64,000 nucleotides of DNA from a virus. The notes below the pieces were generated by a model. The model was not told where the DNA came from and did not search any database. It saw only the letters and a list, made by a program, of their open reading frames with translations. The translations under genes and the position numbers were made by a program. Within the stretch, counting starts at the first letter, position 1, and every line of letters starts with the position of its first letter. Shown here piece after piece: positions 1 to 10,773 of the stretch. The DNA lies in the IMG/VR virus record IMGVR_UViG_3300020448_000003, positions 35,009 through 99,008 of that record, one strand, 5' to 3'.

Positions 1-2
1 GC

Positions 3-3000
3 AGTTGCACCACTACCTCCACCACCTGATATAGAAACGTCAGGTTGTGATGTATATCCTTGACCTGGTGATTCAACAAGAACTCTTGATACAACACCAT
101 TTGTTATAACAGCAGTCGCAGTAGCACCAAATCCACCTCCACCAACAATAGAAACTAGAGGAGATGATGTATAACCAGTACCACCAGTGTCTACTTCAAT
201 TTCACTTAAAGCACCGTTAACAGTAACACTAGCAGCAGCACCTGTACCGCCACCACCAGTAATCTCAATAACAGGAGGATTTGCAGCGTCATATCCTTCA
301 CCAGCAGAACCAATTTCGACTGATGTTATACCACCAAACTTAATTTTACTTTCTGACTTATATGACCACGCAGATACACCGTTTACCCAAGCACCAATCG
401 GACCGAATGATGTATCATCACGTTTTGATACAGTTTCTATGATACGTGGTATACGTACAAGTTTACGTTGGTTTCCTGGTAATAGTGCTGATCCAACAAA
501 CGGACCTACCTCATAGTTTGGTATACCAGATGATGCGATGTAAGAATACTGTGAATTGAAGAATGTATTCTGTACGTTTGTTGTAAAGTCTTTGATAGCA
601 ACACTTATACCCTCTTCTGAAGATTTTCCTTTATTCAAGTCAACAGATAATAGAATATTACCTTGAGGAGAAGCATCAGATGGAGCTGGTATATTGTATT
701 CAAATATAGTCTGACTGATACGTGATGTAACGGTGAATGTACCATTATACACAGTTGGGTTTGCACCATAGATCGTTACAGAGTCACCAACCAATAGACC
801 GTGATTATTTGAACAAGTAACAGTAGCAGTCTGATTATTAAGACCACCTGGTACAATTCCAGTAACACTAATGAGTTTTTTAACGTTATACAACCAAGAA
901 GTAATTCTTTGGTCTATAGATGTAGATCCTAATGATGCAACATTTAGTTTGTCACCTGGTAAGTAATATGAACCAGTGTCATTCAATACCGTAGATTTTG
1001 CATCTGCAATACCTAAAACACGTAATTTGATCTCATTTGACGCACCCTGATTAACATATACGAAGATATCTGAGTAAATTGTTGTACCAGCATCCCAATC
1101 TTCCACCACTCCGTTCTTAGAACGTGTACATTCTATGAACTGGTTGAGTGTTTTTTCCTTATATTGCACTACCTCTTGATCATTGATGCGGATTGTACCG
1201 TTTCTTTCTGGCCAACCAATCGTAGAATCGACTGTAATAATCGATTCAGTTGTAGATAATGGTTCAACAAGCGTAGTTTTATACGGTATTGTAAACTGTC
1301 CTAATAGTGTTTCTTCAGATATTGCCAATTCATATACTGTACCTACACCAGTGTTGATGGCTATTACGTTTTCAATCAATGCTGACGCTGCTTGAACTGA
1401 TGAATCAACAGGGTCAATATACTGCATAAGTTGAGAATCTTGTAGATCAGCAGCAGAACCAGATATCAAATCAGCACGAAGTACGGTGTCTACGTTCCAA
1501 GTAGCCGCAGATGGTTTGATAACCTCATCTTTTGGATACGAAACATCAACATTTTCCGAGTACAGCATCTTGAAAAGATACTGAGTTGATATCTTCGTAC
1601 CTTTAGATGCGTAAAAATCACTAATAGTTTTTATTATCTGCGGAGCATTGACTGTTTCATAGTCGATCTCAGCGTTTGGTAGATATTGATTTACATAACG
1701 ATTGTATAATTCTTTAGCAAATAAAGTATCTAAGTTCTTAATTTCAGCAGATACATTATGTGAAGACTGTATAGTATCTGACTCTTTAGAGTATACTTGA
1801 TTTCCTTTTTGATCAAAACTGGTTACAGCAGAAACACCACGCTTACAATTAACAAAAGCAGATGGTTGATATCCACTTCCCTTACTATGAATAGTAAAAC
1901 CTGTAATTTCTCCAAAACCAACATCACAAGATGCTTCTGGAGCAGGAGGAGCAGCAATATAGACTTGAGGAGGTTCAGTATCTGAATATCCAGATCCAAA
2001 ACTGGTTATATTGATATCAGTGATCTCACCATTGAAGATGGTTGCAACAGCAGTAGCACCAGTTCCACCAATAGGTTGATCAGCAACATCTTTTCTATTA
2101 TCAACGATATACACAGATGGAGCATCAGTATATCCCTTACCACCTGTTAATAGTTCAATATTAGTAACTCTACCACCAGTTACACTAACATCAAGAATTT
2201 GTGCACCCACAGGATCGATGACACGTGCCCTTGGAACGGTCATATAACCTTGACCACCTGATACTACAGTAACACCATTTACTTGACCGTCAGAGTCGAT
2301 TGTAGCGACTACATTGGCAACAATAGCATTATCACCAGTAGGAGGATCCAAATAAATTAATGGAGGAGATGTATATCCTGAACCTTTAGCAGTAACAGTA
2401 AATGAATCTGCTTTGATGCTAGTATCGTTTAACAATGGAGAACTTACCTGTGCACCACCTGGATTGATAAATTTGATCGATGGAATACGATCATATCCAC
2501 TTCCTGAACTGTCAACTATAAGTTGTGATACACCTTCAAGTTCATCGTCAACGACTGCTCTAATTTGAGCAGTTTTACCTTCTGCATCAGCAGGAGGGTC
2601 TACAACAACTGTAGGAGGGTTATTTGCAGAGTAACCTTGTCCAGAAAATAGTAATCTAGTGTCCTTAATACCATTTACGAGTGCTTCCGCAGTTGCATTG
2701 CTTCCAGTTCCTAAAGTTGATGTAATACTGACTCTAGGAGAGAAACCTAACCTATATCCAGTACCACCATTTTTTACAAGGACTGCATTTACCTCATTAT
2801 CAACAATTTGTGATATAGCAGACGCACCAGAACCAAATTGAGGTGCAATTAACTCTACAGAACGTACAACTATCTCAGTTCCTTGTGCAATATCTTCTTT
2901 AAATATTAACTTGTCTTCAAATATTGTATATTCTTCAAATGGTCGTTTTTCAACTCTATTGACAACTACAACTGTAGAAACAGTAGATAGAGGTGAATAA

Positions 3001-3719
3001 CTGTTGCCAGCTTCAAAAAGATGGAACTCTTTACTATTACTTGCTGCTGTAATCGTATCTAGTGTCTTAACTGGTATACTTGTGTAACCAATTAGGTATC
3101 TAACAGTATTAATAGCACCTGTAAGTTCTCCTGTAGGGGCAAGAGGAGGCGTTACAAGACGTAGTTTATCTCCTTCTACAAAATAGTCTATATTAGGGAA
3201 TTTGAACTCGTTATTGACGATTACAAGCAAATGTTGTGCACTTGAAGGTGAAACTGGATCTCCAAGTAACTTTAATTCAAATTCTGTCTTTACTCCATCA
3301 AATTGGTTTGATATAGGTTCAAATTCTTGTATCTTTCTATCAAATTCCTGTTTATTAACACCTGGCGTAAAAATAATGTCTGGTGAGTGAGTTACACTCT
3401 CATAATATATGACTTCATTGTCAATTTGGATAGTTCCGTCTTTTTCTAAGAAATAATTGACATTTTCTGCTATAATTTCTTTCTGAGTAGGATTAACTGC
3501 CTCTAAAACAGCAGATTTTGATGAAAGGAAGTTTGGATCAAACTCTCCAGACCCAATATCAGCATAACGCAAAATATTCCCAAGAATATCATAGGGTTTA
3601 CCTGATTTTTCTTGAGATTTGTAGTATTGCTCTAAAAAAGCAACAAACTGTGTGTTATCATCTTTTATAAACTCAGGAATCTGATCCTGAATTCTATGTG
3701 AGACCGTTACTGCCTTCAT
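3..3719 (-). CDS. gp7: Baseplate wedge initiator gp7-like large virion protein (runs off the left window edge)
   Basis: Not in the ORF track. ATG at 3719 reads MKAVTVSHRIQDQIPEFIKDDNTQFVAFLEQYYKSQEK. Contains DFYASKGT and repeated GxGY-x-x-x-P-x-V motifs. Lies directly downstream of gp6. Confidence 0.8.
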   Translation of the reverse strand, partial: MKAVTVSHRIQDQIPEFIKDDNTQFVAFLEQYYKSQEKSGKPYDILGNILRYADIGSGEFDPNFLSSKSAVLEAVNPTQKEIIAENVNYFLEKDGTIQIDNEVIYYESVTHSPDIIFTPGVNKQEFDRKIQEFEPISNQFDGVKTEFELKLLGDPVSPSSAQHLLVIVNNEFKFPNIDYFVEGDKLRLVTPPLAPTGELTGAINTVRYLIGYTSIPVKTLDTITAASNSKEFHLFEAGNSYSPLSTVSTVVVVNRVEKRPFEEYTIFEDKLIFKEDIAQGTEIVVRSVELIAPQFGSGASAISQIVDNEVNAVLVKNGGTGYRLGFSPRVSITSTLGTGSNATAEALVNGIKDTRLLFSGQGYSANNPPTVVVDPPADAEGKTAQIRAVVDDELEGVSQLIVDSSGSGYDRIPSIKFINPGGAQVSSPLLNDTSIKADSFTVTAKGSGYTSPPLIYLDPPTGDNAIVANVVATIDSDGQVNGVTVVSGGQGYMTVPRARVIDPVGAQILDVSVTGGRVTNIELLTGGKGYTDAPSVYIVDNRKDVADQPIGGTGATAVATIFNGEITDINITSFGSGYSDTEPPQVYIAAPPAPEASCDVGFGEITGFTIHSKGSGYQPSAFVNCKRGVSAVTSFDQKGNQVYSKESDTIQSSHNVSAEIKNLDTLFAKELYNRYVNQYLPNAEIDYETVNAPQIIKTISDFYASKGTKISTQYLFKMLYSENVDVSYPKDEVIKPSAATWNVDTVLRADLISGSAADLQDSQLMQYIDPVDSSVQAASALIENVIAINTGVGTVYELAISEETLLGQFTIPYKTTLVEPLSTTESIITVDSTIGWPERNGTIRINDQEVVQYKEKTLNQFIECTRSKNGVVEDWDAGTTIYSDIFVYVNQGASNEIKLRVLGIADAKSTVLNDTGSYYLPGDKLNVASLGSTSIDQRITSWLYNVKKLISVTGIVPGGLNNQTATVTCSNNHGLLVGDSVTIYGANPTVYNGTFTVTSRISQTIFEYNIPAPSDASPQGNILLSVDLNKGKSSEEGISVAIKDFTTNVQNTFFNSQYSYIASSGIPNYEVGPFVGSALLPGNQRKLVRIPRIIETVSKRDDTSFGPIGAWVNGVSAWSYKSESKIKFGGITSVEIGSAGEGYDAANPPVIEITGGGGTGAAASVTVNGALSEIEVDTGGTGYTSSPLVSIVGGGGFGATATAVITNGVVSRVLVESPGQGYTSQPDVSISGGGGSGAT

Positions 3720-3731
3720 CTACCTTATTAC

Positions 3732-5801
3732 CTAGAAGCAAGAGTTAAACTCTGGGAGTTCGTATACTGTAGTTGGATAATCAATGATATTTATCGGTGT
3801 TCCATCGAAGTTAATTGCAGTAAAGTCGAATGGATCAAAAGTAGGAACGTTTGTTCCGTCTATAGTGTAATCGATAGTTTGTACTGTAGGATTGAAAATG
3901 GTTGGATCCAAACCAGTTCCAATATTGATATTTCCAGAAGCAGGAATGATAGTAACTGGTATTCTAGTAGTACCATCAGGGGTGCTTGCAACGTCAACAG
4001 GTCCTACACATACCTGTCCAGTTTTATAATCGACAGTTCCGACATTTTTCATCAATGTGACTTCAGTTTCATCAACTTTAGTCACCATAATAAGTTTTCC
4101 GTAACCATCGTCACGAATATTTACTGGAAGTAGTGCAGATGTATCATTTTGTATCAAAGATGCTGATGAAATTTGACTTGCATTGACACCACCCGCTATC
4201 GCTAATAATGCTTCTGTATAACCAGTAGCATAGAATGTACCTGTCTTTACAGTAGAATATCTAGGAGTACAAGTGCCACTAGGATCACTACCACCAGACA
4301 AATCATTAGGATTTGCAATTTCATTATTGAAATTGACACATTTGGAGAACATTGATCCAAATGTAAATCCTTCTATGTTCATACCAAGTGACATATGTGT
4401 CACGTTACCACTGATCGAAGGATCAGAGGAATCTATCATCGATTGATACGCAGATTGGTCAATACGTCCGTTAAACCTTGTTGATTCCGCTTGACTATTG
4501 TATTGATCGATAGACCCCAAAACTCTAGACGCAACTTCATTATTAGATAATGCAGTTTTATTACCATCAAAGAACGCCCAAGTTTTAGGTCTAATGTAGA
4601 GTGTAATGGGATCGACAATAACAGGTTCGATTGCTGCAATGGAATATTTAAGTAAATCAGTCTTGATTCTTTTTTTCGTTGTTGTGTTAAGTAATGCTCC
4701 ACTTTGTGTACGAATTGATATGTATACTTTACCATAAACAGGTGGTTGTAACCTCTCTCCACCATATACAGTAACAGATCTAGCAGCAGGGTAGACTTTT
4801 TTAGTAATGTATTCGTAGTCTGACTCTGTAACTGCTCTGTTTTGACTGTTAAATGCCCTTGGAGCATTGAATTTAATACTCAAGGTAGATTCTATGTCCT
4901 CACCATCTTGAGCACCGTCTACAGTCACTAAAGATATGTTTGCTGCTGGTACAAATCTTTGCTCAGAGTCTTGAACTTTACCTATAAATGTAAATTTCTT
5001 ACAACCATTAGCAGCAGTACCTTCAGTTTTAACATACTCTAGTTTAATAACCTCACCAGATATTAGTTGACGACAGATAACACCATCACCAAATACAACA
5101 CTATAACGCATATCATCTCCTTCCTCAAGGAAAAATCCACGAGTTGTACCATCAACATCCACAATGTTCTGTACAAGGTTGTATGTGTCAATCTCTTCTG
5201 ACTGTGTATTGGGTGAAATTGATACTTTTAATAGATCAGTGTCAACTTGATCAGCAGGAATTAGATAACTTCTCTTTTTAACGTCATCAACAATGTATTG
5301 ATATGAGATTAAGTTACCTTGATATATCACAACTTTGCTAAAAGTAGCAACACCTGTAGACTGATCTACAGTTGCAACCAAATCAGATGGTAATGTAAAT
5401 GTATATCCTGCACCATTAGTACTAGAAATGAATACATCACCCTTTTTCAAGGTTACAGATGAAGGATATGTTGTCCCAGAACCAACAGTACCAGTTTGAA
5501 CACTAAATGCAATACACGCTTTTGGTGCTTTTATTGATCTTGGCGTATAATTTAACTGTTTTGCTATCTTAACTACGTTATCTCTTATTGTTGCTGACTC
5601 TAAAAACGCCTCATTCATTGCCATATTAGCATTGAAAGACGCATAGTATGTGTTATATGATAAAACGTCGAGTAAGTATGATGCAGCTGAGCCATCAAAA
5701 TCGTAGTCTGTAAACTCATCTCTTGTACGCAGGTACGATCTTATAGACTCACGGATCTCTGTAAAGTCTAATGATGTTAAATTTGACGGAATTGCTGCCA
5801 T
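3732..5801 (-). CDS. gp6: Baseplate wedge subunit gp6
   Basis: LDFTEIRESI..FTDYDFDGS..LLDVLSYNTYY..EAFLESA, FGDG and QNRAVTESDY motifs typical of T4 gp6. Confidence 0.93.
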   Translation of the reverse strand: MAAIPSNLTSLDFTEIRESIRSYLRTRDEFTDYDFDGSAASYLLDVLSYNTYYASFNANMAMNEAFLESATIRDNVVKIAKQLNYTPRSIKAPKACIAFSVQTGTVGSGTTYPSSVTLKKGDVFISSTNGAGYTFTLPSDLVATVDQSTGVATFSKVVIYQGNLISYQYIVDDVKKRSYLIPADQVDTDLLKVSISPNTQSEEIDTYNLVQNIVDVDGTTRGFFLEEGDDMRYSVVFGDGVICRQLISGEVIKLEYVKTEGTAANGCKKFTFIGKVQDSEQRFVPAANISLVTVDGAQDGEDIESTLSIKFNAPRAFNSQNRAVTESDYEYITKKVYPAARSVTVYGGERLQPPVYGKVYISIRTQSGALLNTTTKKRIKTDLLKYSIAAIEPVIVDPITLYIRPKTWAFFDGNKTALSNNEVASRVLGSIDQYNSQAESTRFNGRIDQSAYQSMIDSSDPSISGNVTHMSLGMNIEGFTFGSMFSKCVNFNNEIANPNDLSGGSDPSGTCTPRYSTVKTGTFYATGYTEALLAIAGGVNASQISSASLIQNDTSALLPVNIRDDGYGKLIMVTKVDETEVTLMKNVGTVDYKTGQVCVGPVDVASTPDGTTRIPVTIIPASGNINIGTGLDPTIFNPTVQTIDYTIDGTNVPTFDPFDFTAINFDGTPINIIDYPTTVYELPEFNSCF

Positions 5802-5802
5802 T

Positions 5803-6210
5803 TTAAGTACGTTCCAATAGGAAATCTACAGTTTGAGTTATTCTCTCACCAATAATTACATACTCAACTTCAACTTCTAAATTATTATCATCATCAATGT
5901 TAACATTTACCTGAGATACGGTAATGCGTGGTTCAAGTCTGCCAAGTGTATTGACAATTTCTTCTTTAAGTTCTTCTAGCATAAAAATGTCAAAGTTTTC
6001 AAATAACATTTGACGTAATCTAGATCCTTTTTCTGGTTGAAAGGGTCTCTCTCCAAACCCTGTCATAACAAGGTTTTTCATCGATTGTTTAATAGCGTTT
6101 TCGTTTTTAACTACAGAGAAATCTTCAGTATTAGGATTTGCCTTCATAGACATACTGAAATCACGAAATTGACGTGATAAATTTCTTTCTGCTTTAAAAC
6201 GATATGCCAT
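5803..6210 (-). CDS. gp25: Baseplate wedge subunit gp25
   Basis: AIKQSMKNLVMT..GERPFQP..GS..LEPRI motif; next to gp6. Confidence 0.92.
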   Translation of the reverse strand: MAYRFKAERNLSRQFRDFSMSMKANPNTEDFSVVKNENAIKQSMKNLVMTGFGERPFQPEKGSRLRQMLFENFDIFMLEELKEEIVNTLGRLEPRITVSQVNVNIDDDNNLEVEVEYVIIGERITQTVDFLLERT

Positions 6211-6323
6211 TATTTTTTAGAGTCTTCCTTTTTAGACCTTTTCTTAAGGTATTTATCATACCTAGGGTCGGTTATCAGAACATTTTTCCTGAGAAATTCT
6301 TCTGAACAATCAGCTGTCAACAT
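6210..6323 (-). CDS. Small hypothetical protein (37 aa, MLTADCSEEFLRKNVLITDPRYDKYLKKRSKKEDSKK)
   Basis: Read by hand. TAATG overlap with the gp25 start; GGGAG RBS and CTAAATA late-promoter motif upstream. Confidence 0.55.
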   Translation of the reverse strand: MLTADCSEEFLRKNVLITDPRYDKYLKKRSKKEDSKK

Positions 6324-6344
6324 AAAATATACTCCCTGTAGTTA

Positions 6345-6351
6345 TATTTAG
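6345..6351 (-). promoter_or_regulatory. T4-type late promoter variant (CTAAATA)
   Basis: Motif upstream of the 6323 ORF and gp25. Confidence 0.5.
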
Positions 6352-6361
6352 ACACAAAATG

Positions 6362-6895
6362 TTACCCTGACAATACAGTGGGAGATCCATACGTTACTCT
6401 ACTACTACAAGGGTATCCAGAATATCCTCCTGATGGTGCACCAAGTCTATCAGTTACTCTTCCAATCGGAAGTTTAAAAGCTAATACAGTTTTAGTTGTT
6501 GCAAATAATATACGTGGATGTCCGACACCACCACAATCTTCTACAGTTAATAGACTACAGACTATTGGTGTAGGTATAATACACATTGCTTTTCCGCACG
6601 GGCACAAATAATTGATTATATTTGTCGTGGGTGACATATGGGGTGTGAACGTATCACCCATAATCATAATAGGCAATCTATTTACCTGTACCAATGCTCT
6701 AGCAGGATTCAACGCACTCAAAGGCACCAAAGGAGTGGGTGGCCATAAGCAAGTTTTATTCTTTACTTTGATTGACAGTAATATAGGTGGTGAGTTACAC
6801 GCTTGTGTACTATGAATGGTACTAGGAATCGGGAATCCGTGTCCTGAGTCAGGGAGTCCGTTATGATTCGCTACTGGTAGTACCTTAAATCCCAT
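6362..6895 (-). CDS. PAAR-domain spike tip protein (gp5.4-like)
   Basis: DSGHG, VQVNRLPIMIMGDTFTPH and IGRVTDRLG..C..VTYGSPTV PAAR-like repeats with His/Cys metal ligands; next to gp25. Confidence 0.75.
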   Translation of the reverse strand: MGFKVLPVANHNGLPDSGHGFPIPSTIHSTQACNSPPILLSIKVKNKTCLWPPTPLVPLSALNPARALVQVNRLPIMIMGDTFTPHMSPTTNIINYLCPCGKAMCIIPTPIVCSLLTVEDCGGVGHPRILFATTKTVLAFKLPIGRVTDRLGAPSGGYSGYPCSSRVTYGSPTVLSG

Positions 6896-7126
6896 TTAAT
6901 CGTCGTGTTCGTCCCAAGGATCTGCCAATCCTTTGTTTGCAAAAAATCCTCTGTAAACTCCAAACCCTGCCAATATCACAGTAATAACTGCTACTGCTAT
7001 TGGGAAAGTGAAGTTAGGATCAAAGTCATAGTGAGGAATAATAGTGTGAGGGCACTCTGTCCAAGTACCAGGTAAGTGATATACTGGAGGACAGGATAAA
7101 AATAAATTAGTAACCATTGATTTCAT
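6896..7126 (-). CDS. psbN: Photosystem II assembly protein PsbN-like (auxiliary gene)
   Basis: One TM helix (IAVAVITVILAGFGVYRGF) followed by LADPWDEHDD, matching the PsbN C-terminal L-x-D-P-[FW]-[DE]-[DE]-H-x-D signature. Confidence 0.75.
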   Translation of the reverse strand: MKSMVTNLFLSCPPVYHLPGTWTECPHTIIPHYDFDPNFTFPIAVAVITVILAGFGVYRGFFANKGLADPWDEHDD

Positions 7127-10100
7127 CAGTTAAGTCGCATTCTTCAAAATAAGGATTCCCATATCGGTTCAATGAATCATCCAAGAGTTTAGCGGATCCA
7201 CTTAGGTTATTAACCCAGTGCATCCTTCCAGTAATTGGTCCTAACTCTATGTATGGATCGAACTCAGATGTCTTTCCTGTATCGAACGCTACGGTGGAGT
7301 GAATAATACTTTTTAAAGCAGAACATCCTGATGCTCCTCTTGACCACGAAGTAGTAAACAGTTGACCAGAACATATATCATCAGATGTTAACCCAGTACC
7401 ATTATTGTCATAGCCAGAATAAACATCCAATACACCATCAGTAACGAAATTGTGCCAACAAGGATTCGGGAATTTGCCATTAGAACAACTCGACATCTGT
7501 ATTGTATTATAACCATAGTTATTGTTTTGACCCGAAACTGTAACAGAACTTGACCCATATGCTGAATAGTTACCAGATCCTAACCAAGTATCAAGTTTTT
7601 GTAACTCTGTTCCATAAAAATCAAAGGTATTTTCATCTCCCGCATCAGGTACAAAGGTGTATCCACCACTACCAGCAGAGAAACAACGTCCTTTTACGTT
7701 ACTTCCACGTGTACAAGAGTGTGATCTGTCATTAGGACCTGCTGGTCTTGGTCTTGTAAGTGACGGTTTTGGTAATGATTCTAACCAATCAATGAATTTT
7801 TGGTTAATTACTTCACCTTTTTGCGATACATCACCTTCAATAGTCATTGAAACAGTCACTAGAGCAGTCTCTTGCTGACTTGCACAGTATTTGTGTGGCA
7901 AATAACCATATGTTTTTAACACACCTTTCTGATCATATGCAACATAAGGACAAGGTATGTCAAAAAATCTACGAGTATGGTACATATTTGCTTGCATAAC
8001 CTCTACACAGTCACCACCAAGTATTCCATACATCCCATTATTGAATCTACTCTCTAATTCATCAGAACTATCGGCACTATGTACAGCAGTTTCCGATATA
8101 AAACTGTCATTTTGCTCCCATCTAGGGTCTCCATAACGTTTAATATTGGTTCCAAACTCAGATGGGTCAATATATGTACCTAAATTCATCCAATCTTCAC
8201 CAACTTCGGGTTGGAAACAGTTAATTGGCAGTTGATCACCACAAAATTTAGTTTTTTCTTCGGCATTTATATCATTCATCATAATATAACCATAATATCC
8301 TTCATCTTCACTAGCAGTATCGTAACCTGATATCGCTTCTCCAAGTGTTACACTTGCTTCTCCCATCACATCTGACACTTCTGTGTTACCAATACTGGTA
8401 TTATCAGAAGATTCCTCTGATTTTCTTGCTACTTCATTAACACTATCATCTCCACCAAATAAAATTACCTCATCTTTTTGTAAATTACGTTGTACAACAT
8501 CTATTTGTGGTTTCTCACCTGGTCTATATCCTGCACCTGGATCAATAATTGTTACTGCTGATACACTTCCCTGTGCATCTAATACTACACTTGCTCTTGC
8601 TTGCCTGATTGTCCCAGAATATCCAGCATCACTTTCAAATCTTTCCTTCTCAGCTGCTTTAAATGCCTTGTGAGTTGCTTGTCCTGCACCTGGTAATCCT
8701 TCTTCTGACTGATTATTGATTTGATTATTCGTGGTATAGTTATCAGCAAAGGTCTCGTTAGTTAAACTACCTGTATTTAGGAAACCTTCTTGACGCATTA
8801 TCTCTGGAATTGATATGTTTATGATAGGATCTACGTAATCTTTACCAGAATTGATGATTTCTATAGAACCAATCTCTCCTTTAGCGTTAACAGTTGCCTC
8901 TAAAATAGCAAGATCTATGTTTCTACCTGGTATAAGTGCTCCATTATCTACTTCTACCTTCACATATGCCACTTTTTTAGGAAATTCATAGACACCAAAG
9001 AACGCTGCTTTGTCTTCAATACCAAATCCTGCCAATATTTCTGCTACTCCACCATTATCAGAGGTATATGTGCTCTGATATGTGAACGCATTACCCTTTA
9101 CACCATTAACTGTCTGTAATCTGATGTAACCACACTTCAATTCATCACCAAAATACCTTACAGCTTGACATTTCCACCCATTTATTGTCTCTCCTATTGA
9201 AAAGAACCCAGTATTAGAGGTATATCTAAAGAATACCATAAGGTCATCTGTACCTACTGCCCAAAATGACTCTGCCATACCTGATCCAGGTGGTGCATCT
9301 ACTTTAAGATGTGTTTTTTTAGTTTTCCACGCATCTTGACGCATTTCATAGTAATAACTATGGTAAGTTATGGTCTCTTGCCAACTATTTGAGTTATTTG
9401 GAGCACAAGGAGCATCTGTAGTCAATAAATTGATGCCATATATCGGTCCTGAGAACGGAAATGACGTATCATAGAGATAATAGACGAATTGACCCTCAAA
9501 AGCGTCGTGAAAACCCAAAAATTTAGGTAAACTTGCCTTTACAGCACCATTTTTACCATAAAACCACTCAAAATTAGCTTGATCGGACAAAATATCGACA
9601 TTATCGGGATTACCCCACCCATTTATTGCTGCTGTGTTCGCTGTTTCTGACTCATAACTCTTTTTAGAGAAAGGACCTGTCGAATCAAAGGCATACCAAC
9701 CAGATCTATCTACCTCTCCAGTGTTAGTAGGTCTACCAGTTTCTACAACTTGCTTCTTTCTTCTAGGTGCTTTTGATCCAAATACGTATCCGTATATACC
9801 AATATAAGTATATGCTTGCTCCAAGGGATTTGTAGAGTCAGGCACGCCCGCCACCCCTATTTGCAAATTAGACTCATTAGCAGGATCTATAGTATAAAAA
9901 TCATCTGTACCTCTTGGATCACCTGTAACTCTATAGTGATAAAGAGGAATCATATTCTCACCAGGATTCAAAACACTACCATTTGAGTGATTAGCAGGGT
10001 CTGTGGTATTTGACCAGATATATCCTAATAGTGCTATAGAACCACTAGAACTAGAAGACAGATAAGAATTAAAGTTTGAAGAATCATAATGTAAGTATAC

Positions 10101-10517
10101 TGGTGTTGTGTTTGCTAAGTTTTCTTTTTGTAGGTAGAATACCTGTCTACCACTACGAGGTTCTTTATTATATCTTCTTGGGTTAAGGGGAAGGTTATCA
10201 GGTAGTTCTGAATCATAGTGATATACGTGATCCAGTCTTCTCCCAGAATAAAATCTATATACTTCTCTTCTTTCTGAATCACAGTTTGCTACACACGTTT
10301 CCTGTTGCGTTCCAATATAATAGACTTCATCTTTACCAAACGCTAGTGACCCAGGTCCAGAACCATCCACCCTGATCTGATATGCGTTATTCGTCATATT
10401 AGGATCAGTGATATTCCCGAAAGAGGGATGATCATCAGATGTATATGTTCTTTGGTAGTCGTGAGTATCTACAGGGTTCTCATAACTACGACCAGACTCA
10501 ATCAGGTACGCTGGCAC
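7107..10517 (-). CDS. Large virion structural protein (1136 aa)
   Basis: N-terminal repeats of the type VYRFY..DHVY and PLYHY..DDFYT..YTYIGIYGYVF; G-x-V-x-x-I-x-I-x-x-x-G-x-G-Y repeats as in cyanophage baseplate proteins. Confidence 0.6.
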   Translation of the reverse strand: MPAYLIESGRSYENPVDTHDYQRTYTSDDHPSFGNITDPNMTNNAYQIRVDGSGPGSLAFGKDEVYYIGTQQETCVANCDSERREVYRFYSGRRLDHVYHYDSELPDNLPLNPRRYNKEPRSGRQVFYLQKENLANTTPVYLHYDSSNFNSYLSSSSSGSIALLGYIWSNTTDPANHSNGSVLNPGENMIPLYHYRVTGDPRGTDDFYTIDPANESNLQIGVAGVPDSTNPLEQAYTYIGIYGYVFGSKAPRRKKQVVETGRPTNTGEVDRSGWYAFDSTGPFSKKSYESETANTAAINGWGNPDNVDILSDQANFEWFYGKNGAVKASLPKFLGFHDAFEGQFVYYLYDTSFPFSGPIYGINLLTTDAPCAPNNSNSWQETITYHSYYYEMRQDAWKTKKTHLKVDAPPGSGMAESFWAVGTDDLMVFFRYTSNTGFFSIGETINGWKCQAVRYFGDELKCGYIRLQTVNGVKGNAFTYQSTYTSDNGGVAEILAGFGIEDKAAFFGVYEFPKKVAYVKVEVDNGALIPGRNIDLAILEATVNAKGEIGSIEIINSGKDYVDPIINISIPEIMRQEGFLNTGSLTNETFADNYTTNNQINNQSEEGLPGAGQATHKAFKAAEKERFESDAGYSGTIRQARASVVLDAQGSVSAVTIIDPGAGYRPGEKPQIDVVQRNLQKDEVILFGGDDSVNEVARKSEESSDNTSIGNTEVSDVMGEASVTLGEAISGYDTASEDEGYYGYIMMNDINAEEKTKFCGDQLPINCFQPEVGEDWMNLGTYIDPSEFGTNIKRYGDPRWEQNDSFISETAVHSADSSDELESRFNNGMYGILGGDCVEVMQANMYHTRRFFDIPCPYVAYDQKGVLKTYGYLPHKYCASQQETALVTVSMTIEGDVSQKGEVINQKFIDWLESLPKPSLTRPRPAGPNDRSHSCTRGSNVKGRCFSAGSGGYTFVPDAGDENTFDFYGTELQKLDTWLGSGNYSAYGSSSVTVSGQNNNYGYNTIQMSSCSNGKFPNPCWHNFVTDGVLDVYSGYDNNGTGLTSDDICSGQLFTTSWSRGASGCSALKSIIHSTVAFDTGKTSEFDPYIELGPITGRMHWVNNLSGSAKLLDDSLNRYGNPYFEECDLTDEINGY

Positions 10518-10773
10518 TATTTTTTACAATCTCTTCAAGTTTATTTAGTCTGTAAAACAAAGCGTCAAAGACTTCTACCAGATTACTATAAGCTGATTCA
10601 CCAGGTATCTTATACTTGTACATATTGGCACCACGTGCTAGTAGGTTCTCGTGATTCTTCACTTGTGTGGCAAGATTCTTTATACTCTCAGCAATAATTA
10701 ACTTTTGCCACTCATCTTCTTCCTCCTTAGTCTTAAACTCAGGTATTGCGTTATAGTTGATGTTAGGATCCAT
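10498..10773 (-). CDS. Hypothetical protein (coiled coil)
   Basis: Coupled to neighbouring ORFs. Confidence 0.6.
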   Translation of the reverse strand: MDPNINYNAIPEFKTKEEEDEWQKLIIAESIKNLATQVKNHENLLARGANMYKYKIPGESAYSNLVEVFDALFYRLNKLEEIVKNSASVPD

